Below, piece by piece: positions 14,161-25,715 of a stretch of DNA of 64,000 nucleotides. Source of the DNA: Eledone cirrhosa (taxonomy: Eukaryota). A program made the translations under genes and the position numbers. Position 1 is the first letter of the stretch; every line of letters starts with the position of its first letter. The notes beneath the pieces were generated by a model. The model was not told where the DNA came from. It was given only the letters and a program-made list of their open reading frames with translations, and did not search any database. The stretch spans positions 72,106,001 to 72,170,000 of the forward strand of contig OZ024746.1 in the NCBI GenBank assembly GCA_964016885.1. Direction: 5' to 3'.

Positions 14161-15630
14161 GGCAATACAAAGACACAGACAGTGAGGGTTTACAATAAGC
14201 TCGAGTAAAGGTGCACAATGGCAAGACTAATTTAACAATGAAAATATAAAATAAACTATGCATAAACATAGAAAAATAAATTCCCCAATGTGGGGGGGGT
14301 CACCTAGGGGTGACTCAGATACCCCACCAATCCTGAACCACCCGACGCTTCTAGGGCATCCGGGGAGGGCACCGCTTTCCTCCTCAAATTATCCAGCCTA
14401 CAGGCGCATGGTCAGAGTAGGCCCACTCATACTGGCCATTCTCGCCACATTCATCCACCTTTTAGCAAATATACTGAGGGGGGTGGACTTCCCTCTCCAC
14501 CCTCACCTTCTTTTCCAGGTGAAACTTGAAGAAGTTGATGAGGGATTGGCCGAAGAGAAAAGTGTCTGTCTTCAGTCCTTTCAACCTGGTCCACCATACA
14601 ACCTCTTTCGTAACTGCCACCAGACATGAAAATTACCTGCCCTTCCTGGCGAAGAGAAGGCAGTGGGTCAATCTTCACTATGGACTCGGACGATAGCCAG
14701 ATCCGTTTTACACGCGACAACAGCTGTCCGACATAACTCCACAAGTCAGTAATGCACGGACATTGGACAAGAGCGTGCAGAACGGTTTCGTCACTCTGCG
14801 CGCATCTCAGGCAGGTCCGTCTGACAGCACTTCCGTGCCTGTAGAGTTTATCTCAAACCGGGAGTGCCCCCCGGTTGCACTGCCACCTCCAACGGAGGGA
14901 TTTCTGGAAGTTATCCACCGTCCCCGGCTCGAAAGTCCTCCGGAACAGACTGGTCAGTTCGACTTCGTCGACGCCCAGAGCATCTCCGAGTGCATCGTCG
15001 CACTTGCCCATCACTAATCCTCTATAGAACTCGATAGTGGAAGTTCCACTGACCGCGTTGCCCACCTGGTAGAGAGAAATGAGTGCCTGGCAACATTCCA
15101 GATGCCAGTCAACCAGTCTTGGTCTCTCCTTGACCCAGGACTGCAGCTCAGTCAAAGAAACAAAGCTGCGGAAAGGCCCGTCTGATAAAGGGCGACCACA
15201 CCTGTTCACCGTTTAGGCAGAATATCTGGAGATGCTGCAGCCTCAGCGAATATCTGCGCATCATTAGCCACGGCATTCCCAGTCCTCCGCGTAGAGGGTG
15301 CTGGCAGAAGATGGACTGCCTCACCAACGGGACCTGTCCCCTCCACAAGAATTTGAAGAGGAGCCGTTCCAATTTGGCGAGGCGCGGACGGGGGCAAGGC
15401 ACGACGGTCAGGCAGTAGTAGATGACGGACGCGATGTACGCATTCGCCACCTCCACGCGACTTTTCTGTGATAGCTTCCTCGCAGCCCATTTCTGGGTGA
15501 GACTGGCTACCCTGCTCGTTACCTCGTCCCAATACTTATCCACCTGGAGGTCTGGTCCGAACCAAATCCCGAACAACTTTACCAGTCCGTCCGTGCAGCG
15601 CCTAACGACGCTGTTGGACAACATGGTCTT
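14161..15630 (-). mobile_element. Tx1-clade LINE 3' fragment (family of the 57083 copy)
   Basis: ORF2 C-terminal peptides closely match 57343-58560. Confidence 0.85.
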
Positions 15631-15667
15631 GTCTCTCCTAATAAAAATGATATCAAAGAGTACTTAC

Positions 15668-15714
15668 AATGGTGTACTGTTTAATATACGCTGTAAATTT
15701 ATCAATATTATTGT
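15668..15714 (-). CDS. Host exon 13 (D)NNIDKFTAYIKQYTI, phase 1->0
   Basis: ttctattccaCAG acceptor, GTAAGT donor, 47 nt. Confidence 0.65.
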
Positions 15715-15805
15715 CTGTGGAATAGAAGAATGGCAAGAGTTATTCAGATGGTTTTGGTAGTGCTTACAAGATGAGAGGACCACAGGTCTATGCATTCAAA
15801 TATAC

Positions 15806-15894
<89 letters not shown>

Positions 15895-15900
15895 TAGCAG

Positions 15901-15969
15901 ATTAAAGTTTAAGCAAAGAATCGCTGCTTTCACCCTTAACGGGATCTTCTGAAACTACAAAAAATCAAT
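15901..15969 (-). ncRNA. Type I hammerhead-like fold, U4A core variant (left pLTR)
   Basis: AGUUU-CAGAAGA-uCCC/GGGu-GAAA-GCAG/UUGC-UU-AAACU. Confidence 0.5.
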
Positions 15970-17766
15970 TTGTGAACGCAGCAGTAAATATTTCGAAAAA
16001 CGTTGCAGCCGAAGGAAAACAGGAAGGCGATACTTTGGTTCGTGAAGACGTTCCCTGGCAATGAACGGAAAAAAGATAATACGTGGATAGTATGTGGAGC
16101 GGTGACAAAACTACCCTTATGGTATAAATTATGGTAGACTAATATTTTATTTAGGAAATCGAATGATTCTGTAAATATATTAGTAGAACGAAAATGACAG
16201 ACGTTAATAAAATCAATAATAATTAAATATATACATACACGCATCTATGTTCGTACATACACGTGCATACGCGAAGACACCCGCCATGCATGCATATACA
16301 TGCACGTACACATAAACACGCGCGCACATACATAAACCAGCGCGACACATGTACCCGCACACATACGAACGTATACACCAAATACACATTAAAAAAAAAT
16401 ATATATATATATATATGTGTATGTGTGTGTATGCATATAATTATATAAAACGTATATAAATATACACACATAAATACGTATATAGCGCACACACACACAC
16501 ACATACCTACAGGGAAATACACATATGTTCACCAAACGTACGTCAACCAAAACACAATTTACACATATACACACCTTACATACGTGCAAACATGCATACA
16601 CGCATACACACACAAACACGGAATACACATAACCATATATACACATATAATATGATATATACACCTATAACAAATACGAGCATATATACGTACGAGAAAG
16701 TATACGTACCTTCACAAAACATACGGGTAAGATATATTTACCTATACAAATAAGTAATGGTATAAACATAAAATATACTTAGCTACCAAATCAAGACGCA
16801 AATTATCCGCGTATAGTTCGTACTATCCGTTAGGGCATAATGTGGGGCTATAATACAGGAAAATTTTATGCAATTTGTGTTTACAAGCCGAAATTGCTTC
16901 AGATTTTTTGTTTAAGATGTCATCATTGGCGTAGAATATTTCCAGGGCTTCAGCGGCTCAAAGATCGCATGATCTTTTATTTCTGTTATACGATCTAGCC
17001 TCAGCTAGGATCTCCCAGTGTAACCTATATTGGGTGTGGTTGTCTTTTAGACTCCAGATATAAGCTGAAAGTCACGTCATATTCCTTCTTAAAGGGTTAA
17101 GAAAAGAATGGGTGTGCATGTAAAGACGCTGCTTGAATCTATTGGCGTTTAACCCTATGTAGGTCCTACTAGACGTGGGTGTTTCGACCTTACATTTGTA
17201 GACAATGTTACTGGAGAGGCATTTCCCAGATAGAGGGCAGTCAACCCGATTCCTACAATTATAGTTAGTACTAGCTACAGGGTTGCACGTGTTCCTGCGG
17301 CTAGGTAAATTAGCTAAATTTGAAGTAGTGATGTTATGTGCAAGGTTAGAGTAAGATATTTTAATGGTATTTCTATTAAAAATGTTATTATATTTATGTG
17401 CTTAGGGGAAATGCTTCTTAATAAGGGAGAGAAAGATCTCAGCTAATGGTGTGGCCACCTCCATATTATATTGTTTTATACCATATAATGCGTCGGGATC
17501 TATTTTTCCTTGGTCTATGCTCATACTTAGTATATGCTACCTTATCGACAAATCCACTCCGAGCAAGAGCTTCATTGAAATATGTGGAATGGTCGGTGAA
17601 ACGTGGTTTTGTGTTTGCGTGTAATTGTTCTACGCTCCATATAACGACGTATTATCTACGCTTTTTTCCGTTCATTGCCAGGGAACGTCTTCACGACCCA
17701 AAGTATCGTCTTCTTGTTTTCTTTCGGTTGCAACGTTTTTCGAAATATTTACTTCTTCGTTCGCAG

Positions 17767-17836
17767 ATTGATTTTTTTTTAGTTTCAGAAGATCCCGTTA
17801 AGGGTGAAAGCAGCGATTCTTTGCTTAAACTTCAAT
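17767..17836 (+). ncRNA. Type I hammerhead-like fold, U4A core variant (right inverted pLTR)
   Basis: Same fold as the left arm; stem I AGTTT/AAACT plus ATTGA/TCAAT. Confidence 0.5.
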
Positions 17837-17928
17837 ATGTTATTTTAATAAATATTTGCTCTAGGGTTCTTATATATTTGATATATATTTATCCTTATCG
17901 AGCCCTCTTTGAATTTTAGTCTTCACAT

Positions 17929-18050
<122 letters not shown>

Positions 18051-18384
18051 ATTTCTCCATTTTTAGTCGGTAATTTGATCACTTCCTTGAACGTTTATAA
18101 AAAGGCAATGTTTTTAATTTGCTATTTTCGAAACTAAACTATTACTACACTACATTAAATAATCGAAACTACACAAATAGAACTTGATAAGTCTCGTGAA
18201 ATACGAAAGTGTAAGATTAAAATTATAAACAATATCTCAATATCTTATATATTTTTTACCAAGTGATAAACAGTCATTCAGTACTTCTGTCAAGTATACT
18301 TTATTGATGTATTATTCCAGACGCACACACATACACACACACACACACATATATAGTACTTGTATATGTATATGTATATATATT

Positions 18385-18417
<33 letters not shown>

Positions 18418-18506
18418 TATATATATGTGGTAGAATTCCTTCAAGGTGGTTCTCCAGCATGGCCACAGCTCAATGGCTCAAACAAGAAAAAAAAAAGAAT
18501 ATGTAC

Positions 18507-18648
18507 CTGCGTAGTTGTTTTCGTTTAACTTCTGTTTCCAACATGCTACTCTGTAATAGGATGAAAACAGGAAATGGTAAATCTTCTTGTTCTCAATATC
18601 CGTCACGTCCAGCCTTATATGTGGCAACAGAAGTGTGGTGGTAAATTC
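18507..18648 (-). CDS. Host exon 12, PH domain C-terminal half EFTTTLLLPHIRLDVTDIENKKIYHFLFSSYYRVACWKQKLNENNYA, phase 0->1
   Basis: ttattaCAG acceptor, AG|GTACAT donor, 142 nt; conserved PH helix Trp. Confidence 0.85.
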
Positions 18649-18667
18649 CTGTAATAAACGACATAAA

Positions 18668-18733
<66 letters not shown>

Positions 18734-18789
18734 CGCTTCTGAATTTGTTTAGCAAGATTCTTTATCTGAAATCGTGTGTTGAAACCGAT

Positions 18790-20345
18790 ATTGTTATACT
18801 TTGGGAGGGTCATGTTGCCAATAAGAAACACACGCACCAGTTGCTTTCACTTCAATTTATTATATATTTATAAATTTATAAATTTACAAATCTACAAACT
18901 TATAAATTTCTGGTTGGTTGGTTGGTTCCACAACCAGATAGTTGTTTATATATATAGTCATAGTCCTTTCGTCACACACTCTGTGACCTCTTCAGTGACT
19001 GGGGATTCCTTTCTTCGTTTCTGTGCCTTTTCTTTCTTCTATCCTACGCCATTTTGTTCCTGTGTGTGTGTTGTGTGCTCAGTTTGCGCATGTGCCACAT
19101 CCGGGTGTCTGTGTGTGTTTGTGTTCATTTTTCTATTTGTTTATTTATTTATTGTTGGTTGGTTGTTTGTTCTGTGTGTGTGTGTTTACATTTTGTCCTG
19201 TGTGTGTTTTCATTTTGTGTGTGTTTTCAATTGTAAGTTGTTTGTTCTATGTGTGTGTGTGTTTTCATTTTGTCCTTAATTGTAAGTTGTGATGTTGCTG
19301 TTCCACTCATATTTTCTATTTAATTTTGGTTTTAATTCTTTTATGCTTACTGCCTCTGTAATTTGCCTAAACATTGCGTCTTTTCTGTGCGTGGATTCTA
19401 TTTTTATTTCTATGCTCTCTAATCTACCCCTGTGTTCTATCTTAGCATGTTGGTAGAGCACAGATGATTCTTTATTATCTTGGAGGTCTCGCCAGTGTTC
19501 ATTTATTCGTTCCCCTATACTACGAGCTGTCTCACCTATGTACACTATATTTTTGTTTCTACATTGTCCTTCAGTACATCTTATGCTATACACTACATTT
19601 CTAGTTTTACAGTTAATATGGGGGCTTATTTTACAGGTTATACATTTCTTATCTATACATGAGGGTCTTTGGAACGGGTATGTCTTGCTAATAAGTGTTT
19701 TTACGGAGGTACCAGGTCTTTCTACTATCTTAATATTGAGGTTATGTTTATTTAGGGCCCTTCTAAATTTGTAGGCTAGTTCGCCTCTAGGGGTTGTATT
19801 GACGAACATTACACTCTGGTATTTATTGCTATCATACCATGAGTTTATTTTATTGGCCTTGTTCCTAGTTCTTTCTATTCTATTCCAAAATTTGCTCCTA
19901 TACAAGGGGCAGGTCCCATTTATGTCATTATTTACCATTTTTTCCCATTTGGTTCTGGCTCCTTTATACACTCTGATTCTATCTCTCTGATTGTAGCCAG
20001 AGAACTGCATACGGTAGATGAAGTGTTGTATGTGTCTCTCTAGTTCTTCGGGGTTGCACATGCGGAACACATTTCTCATCACCCGTACCAAATCCGCAAT
20101 CAGTATGTTGATTTTGGTATGGTCCGAAATGGCCGAGTTTCGGTGGATCAGATGTTTGGAAGTCATGGGTTTGGCATAATGGGAATGGAGGATTTGTTTT
20201 TGGTTGTTAATGGTATCTAACCAGAGCTCTGTGTCTAGTACAGGTAATCGATGGTTGGGGTGTCTACTTGGGTAGTCTATAGTAACTCTAATGCTCTGGT
20301 GGATGGAGTTTGCTATTTGCTGGATGCTTTCCATTGTGTTTTTCT
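18790..20345 (-). mobile_element. 5'-truncated Penelope-like element (RT C-terminus, Cys-rich linker, GIY-YIG; ORF ends 19276)
   Basis: LPVLDTELW, HYAKP, CIDKKCITC, NVVYSIRC..YIGETARSIGERINEH, R..EA..I..LN; hammerhead in the 3' UTR. Confidence 0.9.
18956..19000 (-). ncRNA. Minimal type I hammerhead ribozyme
   Basis: AGUCA-CUGAAGA-g-GUCACA gagug UGUGAC-GAAA-GGAC-UA-UGACU; stems I and II pair perfectly. Confidence 0.85.
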
Positions 20346-20367
20346 CAAAGAGAAGTATGAAAGTAAG

Positions 20368-20670
20368 TATGAAAGGCAAAGTTAACCTCGGAGGGATTTA
20401 AATTCAGACCGTAAAGGGGCATAACTCTATGCTGTAAAGCATGGCGTCCGATCCTCAACCGATACTGACAATCCAGATTACTTACTTGTTTCTACTATTG
20501 GCACAAGGCCAGCAATTACCCAGTACATTACTGGTAGTTTATTTTATCGACCCCGTAAGGATGAAAGGCAAAGTTAACCTCGACGGGATTTGAACTCAGA
20601 ATGGCAAGGGCCGTACTCTACGCGTCAAAGCATGGCGTCCGACCCTCTACCGATACTGCCAATCCGTCGC
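20368..20670 (-). mobile_element. Two tandem tRNA-derived SINE copies
   Basis: Reverse complement of the SINE at 29000-29375 (A box TCGGTAGAG, B box GAGTTCAAATC). Confidence 0.8.
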
Positions 20671-20682
20671 CCTTCTTTTCAA

Positions 20683-20786
20683 TATAATACACTCTGTATA
20701 GCTCTACACCACGACACAGAAGTGAACCTAAACATCGCGTGCTCACCCGGCTGAACCTACAGTAACTCCAAGTTACACTCCCTAGA
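20683..20786 (+). repeat. Solo arm related to the 33443-33865 palindrome, ending in (TA)n
   Basis: Shares CTCTGT.TAGCTCTACACC..GTGAACCTAAACAT..AACCTACA..GTTACAC. Confidence 0.7.
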
Positions 20787-20817
20787 TATATATATATATA
20801 TATATACATATACACAT

Positions 20818-20871
<54 letters not shown>

Positions 20872-20910
20872 AATAAGGAAAGCGAAGGGAAAATAACTGA
20901 TGCTACTTAC

Positions 20911-20964
20911 ATATTTATACAACTTTTTAATCAGTCTATTCATTTTCCATCGATACATGGGGCC
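20911..20964 (-). CDS. Host exon 11 GPMYRWKMNRLIKKLYKY, phase 0->0
   Basis: ttattCAG acceptor, GTAAGT donor, 54 nt; only frame 0 is open. Confidence 0.8.
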
Positions 20965-21173
20965 CTGAATAACAATAACAACTACAACAACAATAATATT
21001 AATAATACTTATTTAATTTAGGCGCAAAGTGAACAAATTTGGTGAGGAGGCGTAAAGTCAATTAAATCGACCCCATTACTTTACTGATGTTTTATTTAAT
21101 CGACCCCGAAAGGATGAAAGGCAATGTTGACTTCGACTGGATTCGAAATCAAGAGGAGGGAAGGGGTGTGGGA

Positions 21174-21288
21174 GAAGAAGAAGAAGAAGAAGAAGAAGAA
21201 GAAGAAGAAGAAGAAGAAGAAGAAGAAGAAGAAGAAGAAGAAGAAGAAGAAGAAGAAGAAGAAGAAGAAGAAGAAGAAGAAGAAGAAG

Positions 21289-21318
<30 letters not shown>
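21174..21318 (+). repeat. (GAA)n microsatellite
   Basis: Direct sequence. Confidence 0.95.
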
Positions 21319-21319
<1 letters not shown>

Positions 21320-21394
21320 GGATAGACGTTGAAACAAGTTAAATATAAAAAACAAAACGGCGATGTTTATTAATGAATGCTGACGTGATTTTAC

Positions 21395-21501
21395 CCGAGT
21401 TTCTTTGCGAGAATGCAAACCTGCTGCTAGTGCTTCTTTGGTGAGATTTAAGTTCTTTTCAATTTTACGGAGGTTTGTTTCTTTTATGTCCGTGGTGGTT
21501 T
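21395..21501 (-). CDS. Host exon 10 (E)TTTDIKETNLRKIEKNLNLTKEALAAGLHSRKETR, helical PH insert, phase 1->0
   Basis: tctcctaCAG acceptor, weak GTAAAA donor chosen by phase, 107 nt. Confidence 0.7.
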
Positions 21502-21817
21502 CTGTAGGAGACACAGAACAAGGTCCGTGTTATAGGAATTATGTCGTTAGAGTGATAGTTTGATTAAAATGTATGTGCGTATCTACATATGCATCTATGT
21601 ATGTCTATATGCATGTGTATGTATGTGTATGTATGTATGCATGCATGTCTCTGACTGGTTGGTCTGTATGTATGTATGTATGTCTCTGACTGCCTGTCTG
21701 CCTGTTGTTCTATATGTATGTATGTATAAATGTATGCATATATGTGTATGTGTGTATGTCTCTGTCTGTCTGCCTGTGTGTATGTGTACGTATGTAACCC
21801 AGTACAACTTGTACATT

Positions 21818-22286
21818 GTCGGGTCGTCGGTGACTAAACCGGCAACCCCACCAAGTTTGCTTGGTGAGGAGGGTGATTTTCAACACCCTACGGGATGAAA
21901 AGCAAAACCCGTCAAAAGGCGGGGGAACTCAGGAGAGTCAACTGCAATCCAATAAAGTTTTTTTTGTTTTGTTCTTTTGTGAAGCGAGAGACTCCTAATC
22001 TTCATGAAGACATCTCTCTAGGAGAAGGTCACTCTGATATAAAACCTGCGACTTCGTTTGCATCCAATGGTGTAGACCATTTTCTTTTTTTTTTTTGCAT
22101 TAGCATTCGATGTTCAGAGAGTGGCATTGGCCCCGTGGAAAGCTTTTCCTCGCTTAAAAAACTTCAAGCACAGGCATCGCTTGATATGTTACATTTATTG
22201 CAATGCCTGTTATTGCTGGCCGTTGGCAAGTCCGTGATGCACATGCTTAAGTATCAAGCGATGGCATTACTAGTAATCGAGTTGCA

Positions 22287-22290
<4 letters not shown>
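21818..22290 (+). mobile_element. Probable RTE-like LINE 5' region remnant
   Basis: GC-richer block with the CTAGGAGAAGG..CTCTGAT..AAACC motif recalled from RTE 5' ends; no ORF. Confidence 0.35.
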
Positions 22291-22341
<51 letters not shown>

Positions 22342-22438
22342 TGGTTGAAGGAGTGGAGAAAAAAGAAGAGCCAAGCTGAAGAAAGATCAAATAATTTTTA
22401 CCTATGTATTCTACTAAACTTCCTCCAGTCGTACTCAC

Positions 22439-22506
22439 CCTGTACTGTTGAATTCTCTATGTTGTTGCCCAGGCAGATAACGTCTTTCAATTTGTACATA
22501 AAAATA
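22439..22506 (-). CDS. Host exon 9 (G)IFMYKLKDVICLGNNIENSTVQ, phase 2->1
   Basis: tttctacttCAG acceptor, GTGAGT donor, 68 nt. Confidence 0.82.
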
Positions 22507-22532
22507 CTGAAGTAGAAATAACACACTTAAAA

Positions 22533-22616
<84 letters not shown>

Positions 22617-23100
22617 CAGTAGTAGCGATATTGGCGTTAGTAGTGGGTGGTAGCAGTGGTAGAGGTAGTTGTGATTGATATGGTCATAACGAAAAGGATG
22701 ACAGTGTCTGTTGTTGTGCTGGTGGTGGTGGTTGTGGTGGTGGTGTTGGTTGTGGTGGTGATGGTGGTGGTGGTGTTGTTGTTGTTGGTGTTGGTTGTGG
22801 TGTTGGTTGTGGTGGTGGTGTTGGTTGTGGAGGTGATGGTGGTGGTGTTGTTGTTGTTGGTGTTGGTTGTGGTGTTGGTTGTGGTGGTGGTGGTGGTGGT
22901 GGTGATGTTGGTGTTGGTTGTGGTTGTGGTGGCAGTAGTGGGTTGGTGGTGATGGTGGTAGTGTTGTTGGTGGTGGTTGTGGTGGTGGGGATGGTGATGG
23001 TGATGGTCTTGGTGATATTAGTATGAGTGAAAGCAGTGGTCGAGATAGTTTTGATCAATATGATAATAAGGAAGGGGGTGGTGGTGCCTATTGTTGTTGT
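22533..23100 (+). repeat. (TAG)n then degenerate (GGT/TGT)n trinucleotide tract
   Basis: Direct sequence. Confidence 0.9.
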
Positions 23101-23137
23101 TGACGAAAGTAACAATAAAGAAAAGAGTTCAAGTTAC

Positions 23138-23259
23138 CCGGATCGAAACTTGGGAGAAGTTATTATCAGATAATTGGGAAAGAGAAACAAATAGCGCAAC
23201 TTCCGTATCCCCTTCACTTGTTGGACCACAAATTCACTTTTGATGGGGACTGAAACGAT
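23138..23259 (-). CDS. Host exon 8, PH N-terminus IVSVPIKSEFVVQQVKGIRKLRYLFLFPNYLIITSPKFRS, phase 0->2
   Basis: ttactttCAG acceptor, GTAACT donor, 122 nt; RxLFLF PH motif. Confidence 0.88.
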
Positions 23260-24314
23260 CTGAAAGTAATGAAATTTAGTTTGTTAAAGTCTGGTGGTGT
23301 TGAGGCGCCTCCGTCGGTTTCGGCAATGAGCATTCATTCGTTCAATCAACATGACGTCCAGCTCATGAATTAATGTTTAAATCAGTTATGGGCAAACTGA
23401 GGGCCGTTTGACTTTCTGAATAGCACGCTTAATTTCCAAATTGATTTGAAATGTTTAATAGTGCGCCTCGCCATATGATGAGCCGCACCCTACGCGGCTC
23501 ACTGATTGAAAAGGTTGCTTATGCTTGGTCAAAATGGCAGAGTATTCCACAGCTACATGCACCCTTAATGTCATTTCCATTCCAAATTGCAGGGACAATC
23601 TATCTGACGGACTTCTAATTTCACCCACAAAGCTTGAGTCGACCCGAGGCTATGATAAAGACACCCTGTAATACCAGAAATGAAACTCCTGTTTCGTCGT
23701 TTGACTGATAGAAATAACAGCCAAATTTTTCCAAATCACACCCTAGTGTATTGAAAAAAGTAGAACACAATAGGCAATGTAGACGTAGATATACAAAGTG
23801 ACGAGAGGATCATGACCGGAACGCTTTTGGTCATAAGTCTACTTGATCAGAGTTTAACTGAGACAATACAACAAGCTATACACAGTTAAGGAGACTGACC
23901 TGCTCGGAGTTAAATGTCAAGGATACAACATAGGATATAAAGCAGCAAATAGAAGAGTTGTTAGAAAGTCAGATAGAATGCTTTGTAGTATCTGTTCCGG
24001 CTCTCTGCACTTTTAAGTTCAATTCTTCTCTGTTCTCCTTTAGGGATCAATAAATAAAGTTCAACTTTGCCTGTCCTCCTTTAGAAATCGATAAGTAAAG
24101 TTCCAGCCTAATACTGGGGTCGGCACTTCCCCTAACGCCTTTACTTTTCCCTCACTCTCTCTTTTTACTTTCACTGGAAGAAAAATGCTCCAGACCTGGA
24201 GATAGATAGTCTCAACTAGGTTTCAATGTTGAAGACAAGCGGCGGCACTTCTACAGTATAACATCATAAGGACAACAACAACACGACATTAACTTGTAAA
24301 AACAATTCACTTAC

Positions 24315-24422
24315 ATCCCTATTCGCTGACGAATTTACACCCGAAATATCATTCTGGGTGTTCAGAAAATCATACAAACATGGGTTGGCACTGCTGTCTA
24401 TTATACTAAAGCGGGAGAGTAA
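24315..24422 (-). CDS. Host exon 7 LLSRFSIIDSSANPCLYDFLNTQNDISGVNSSANRD, phase 0->0
   Basis: ttttctttCAG acceptor, GTAAGT donor, 108 nt. Confidence 0.82.
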
Positions 24423-24648
24423 CTGAAAGAAAATCAGATATTAAATCGATTAATGTTGATTAAAAGGTAACGCAACGTCTATCATAAGATATATAGTTGG
24501 TTACAGAGCAGATATAGTGATATACAAAAGTCATTAGAGTCAGATTAAATACTTTGTGATATTTGTTCCAGTTCAAATTTCGCCGAAGTCACTTTGCTTT
24601 TCCTCATCTCAGAGATCGATAAAATACCAGACCAGCACTAAGGGTATT

Positions 24649-24714
<66 letters not shown>

Positions 24715-24895
24715 TTCTCTTTTTCCCTCTTTAAAATATACCAATTGTAATCAAACGTGGAGAGAGTGACACCACCAAGCTTTAAATGCTCAAAATTCGT
24801 CATATAATGCCACCCCTTCTACCCCTTCCGGTGGTATGGTATCAGTGATACTTACCGCCGGATGGAGTCAAATGGGCGCCATTATATGATGGAAC

Positions 24896-24946
<51 letters not shown>

Positions 24947-25003
24947 TGTATATCGAAACCCCACGCTACCGCTTTCAAGCAGTGACCATATCACTTCTTT
25001 TTT

Positions 25004-25087
25004 CAACAAACAAAAGGAGATAAGCTGACAGATCCCCGCCTCATACTGTTGGTATTCATCAGAGCTTAGCACTCCCCTTGTCTGTTG
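25004..25087 (-). ncRNA. Type I hammerhead fold with CUGAUGA and GAGG in place of GAAA
   Basis: UAAGCU-CUGAUGA-AUAC caaca GUAU-GAGG-CGG ggau CUG-UC-AGCUUA with extended stem I. Confidence 0.7.
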
Positions 25088-25347
25088 AAAAATTATGAAT
25101 GTTGGATTCTTATAGAATTCCAGTAATAATCAGGAACTGATTATACAGAGCGATTGCCGGTCCAGCAAGATGCTTTTAATTGGGCATGCAATGTGTTGCC
25201 AGGTACACTATATATACATTAATATATACATCGCTATTTCAGAGCACCAATTCTAATTTTCAATTTTTGCTGGACCGGCAACCGCTCTGTATCATCAGTT
25301 CCTGATTATTACTGGAATTCTATAAGAATCCAACATTCATAATTTTT

Positions 25348-25431
25348 CAACAGACAAGGGGAGTGCTAAGCTCTGAGGAATACCAACAGTATGAGGCGGG
25401 GATCTGTCAGCTTATCTCCCTTTGTTTGTTG
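25348..25431 (+). ncRNA. Type I hammerhead fold with CUGAGGA and GAGG in place of GAAA
   Basis: Inverted copy of the above; GUC triplet at 25406-25408. Confidence 0.7.
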
Positions 25432-25600
25432 CAAAAAAGAAGTAAGTGACATGGTCACTGCTTTAAAGCGGTAGCGTGGGGTCTTCGAGATGCTTTTAAT
25501 TGGGCATGCAATGTGTTGCCAGGTACACTATATATACATTCATATATACATCGATATTTCAGAGCAACAATTCTAATTCTTATATATATATATTTATATA

Positions 25601-25715
25601 GGAAAAAGTATGACCCCGACGGCAGAGCTCAAGCCGTTTCGACGGCTATTTCTGGACTAAATTAGAATTTTTAGCCTGGTGAATAAATAGCCGAACTTTT
25701 CAAGGGGGTACTTCC
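25601..25715 (-). ncRNA. Type I hammerhead, U3-A8 core variant, long stem II
   Basis: CCCC-UUGAAAA-G..CGGCUAUUU..AAAUAGCCG.C-GAAA-CGGC..GCCG-UC-GGGG. Confidence 0.72.

Larger units (their letters stand above)
15889..17848 (-). mobile_element. 5'-truncated Naiad-type Penelope-like element with inverted pLTR (about 210 bp arms, 15889-16100 / 17632-17848)
   Basis: Minus strand 17595->16823 reads EALARSGF..RRIIWY..KKHFP..CPLSGKC..IVYKC..YIGL..FKQR..LSAYIW..CDL*..LNKKSE..CKH (GIY-YIG); located in a (TA)n tract. Confidence 0.88.
24953..25578. mobile_element. Non-coding hammerhead-bearing element with A'-B-A-B structure (inverted 24953-25168/25267-25488; direct 25169-25258/25489-25578)
   Basis: Inverted and direct repeats read directly; flanked by (TA)n. 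Confidence 0.8.

Noticed and set aside
16036-16085. Second, antisense hammerhead (GTGAAGA-CGTTC..GAACG-GAAA) suggesting ambisense ribozymes
   Set aside because: G3 cannot pair with G8, stem III needs an insertion and no stem I forms; probably chance or heavily decayed
15889-17848. DNA transposon/MITE with 210-bp TIRs
   Set aside because: The interior encodes a Naiad GIY-YIG fragment and the arms carry outward-facing hammerhead folds, so inverted pLTRs explain it better
18184-18215. UUGAUAA..GAAA hammerhead candidate
   Set aside because: Stem II pairs poorly and there is no stem III/NUH or stem I
21421-21501. Shorter exon 10 ending at GCAG|GTTTGC
   Set aside because: A phase 1 end is incompatible with exon 11, which is open only in phase 0; possible only as a skipping isoform
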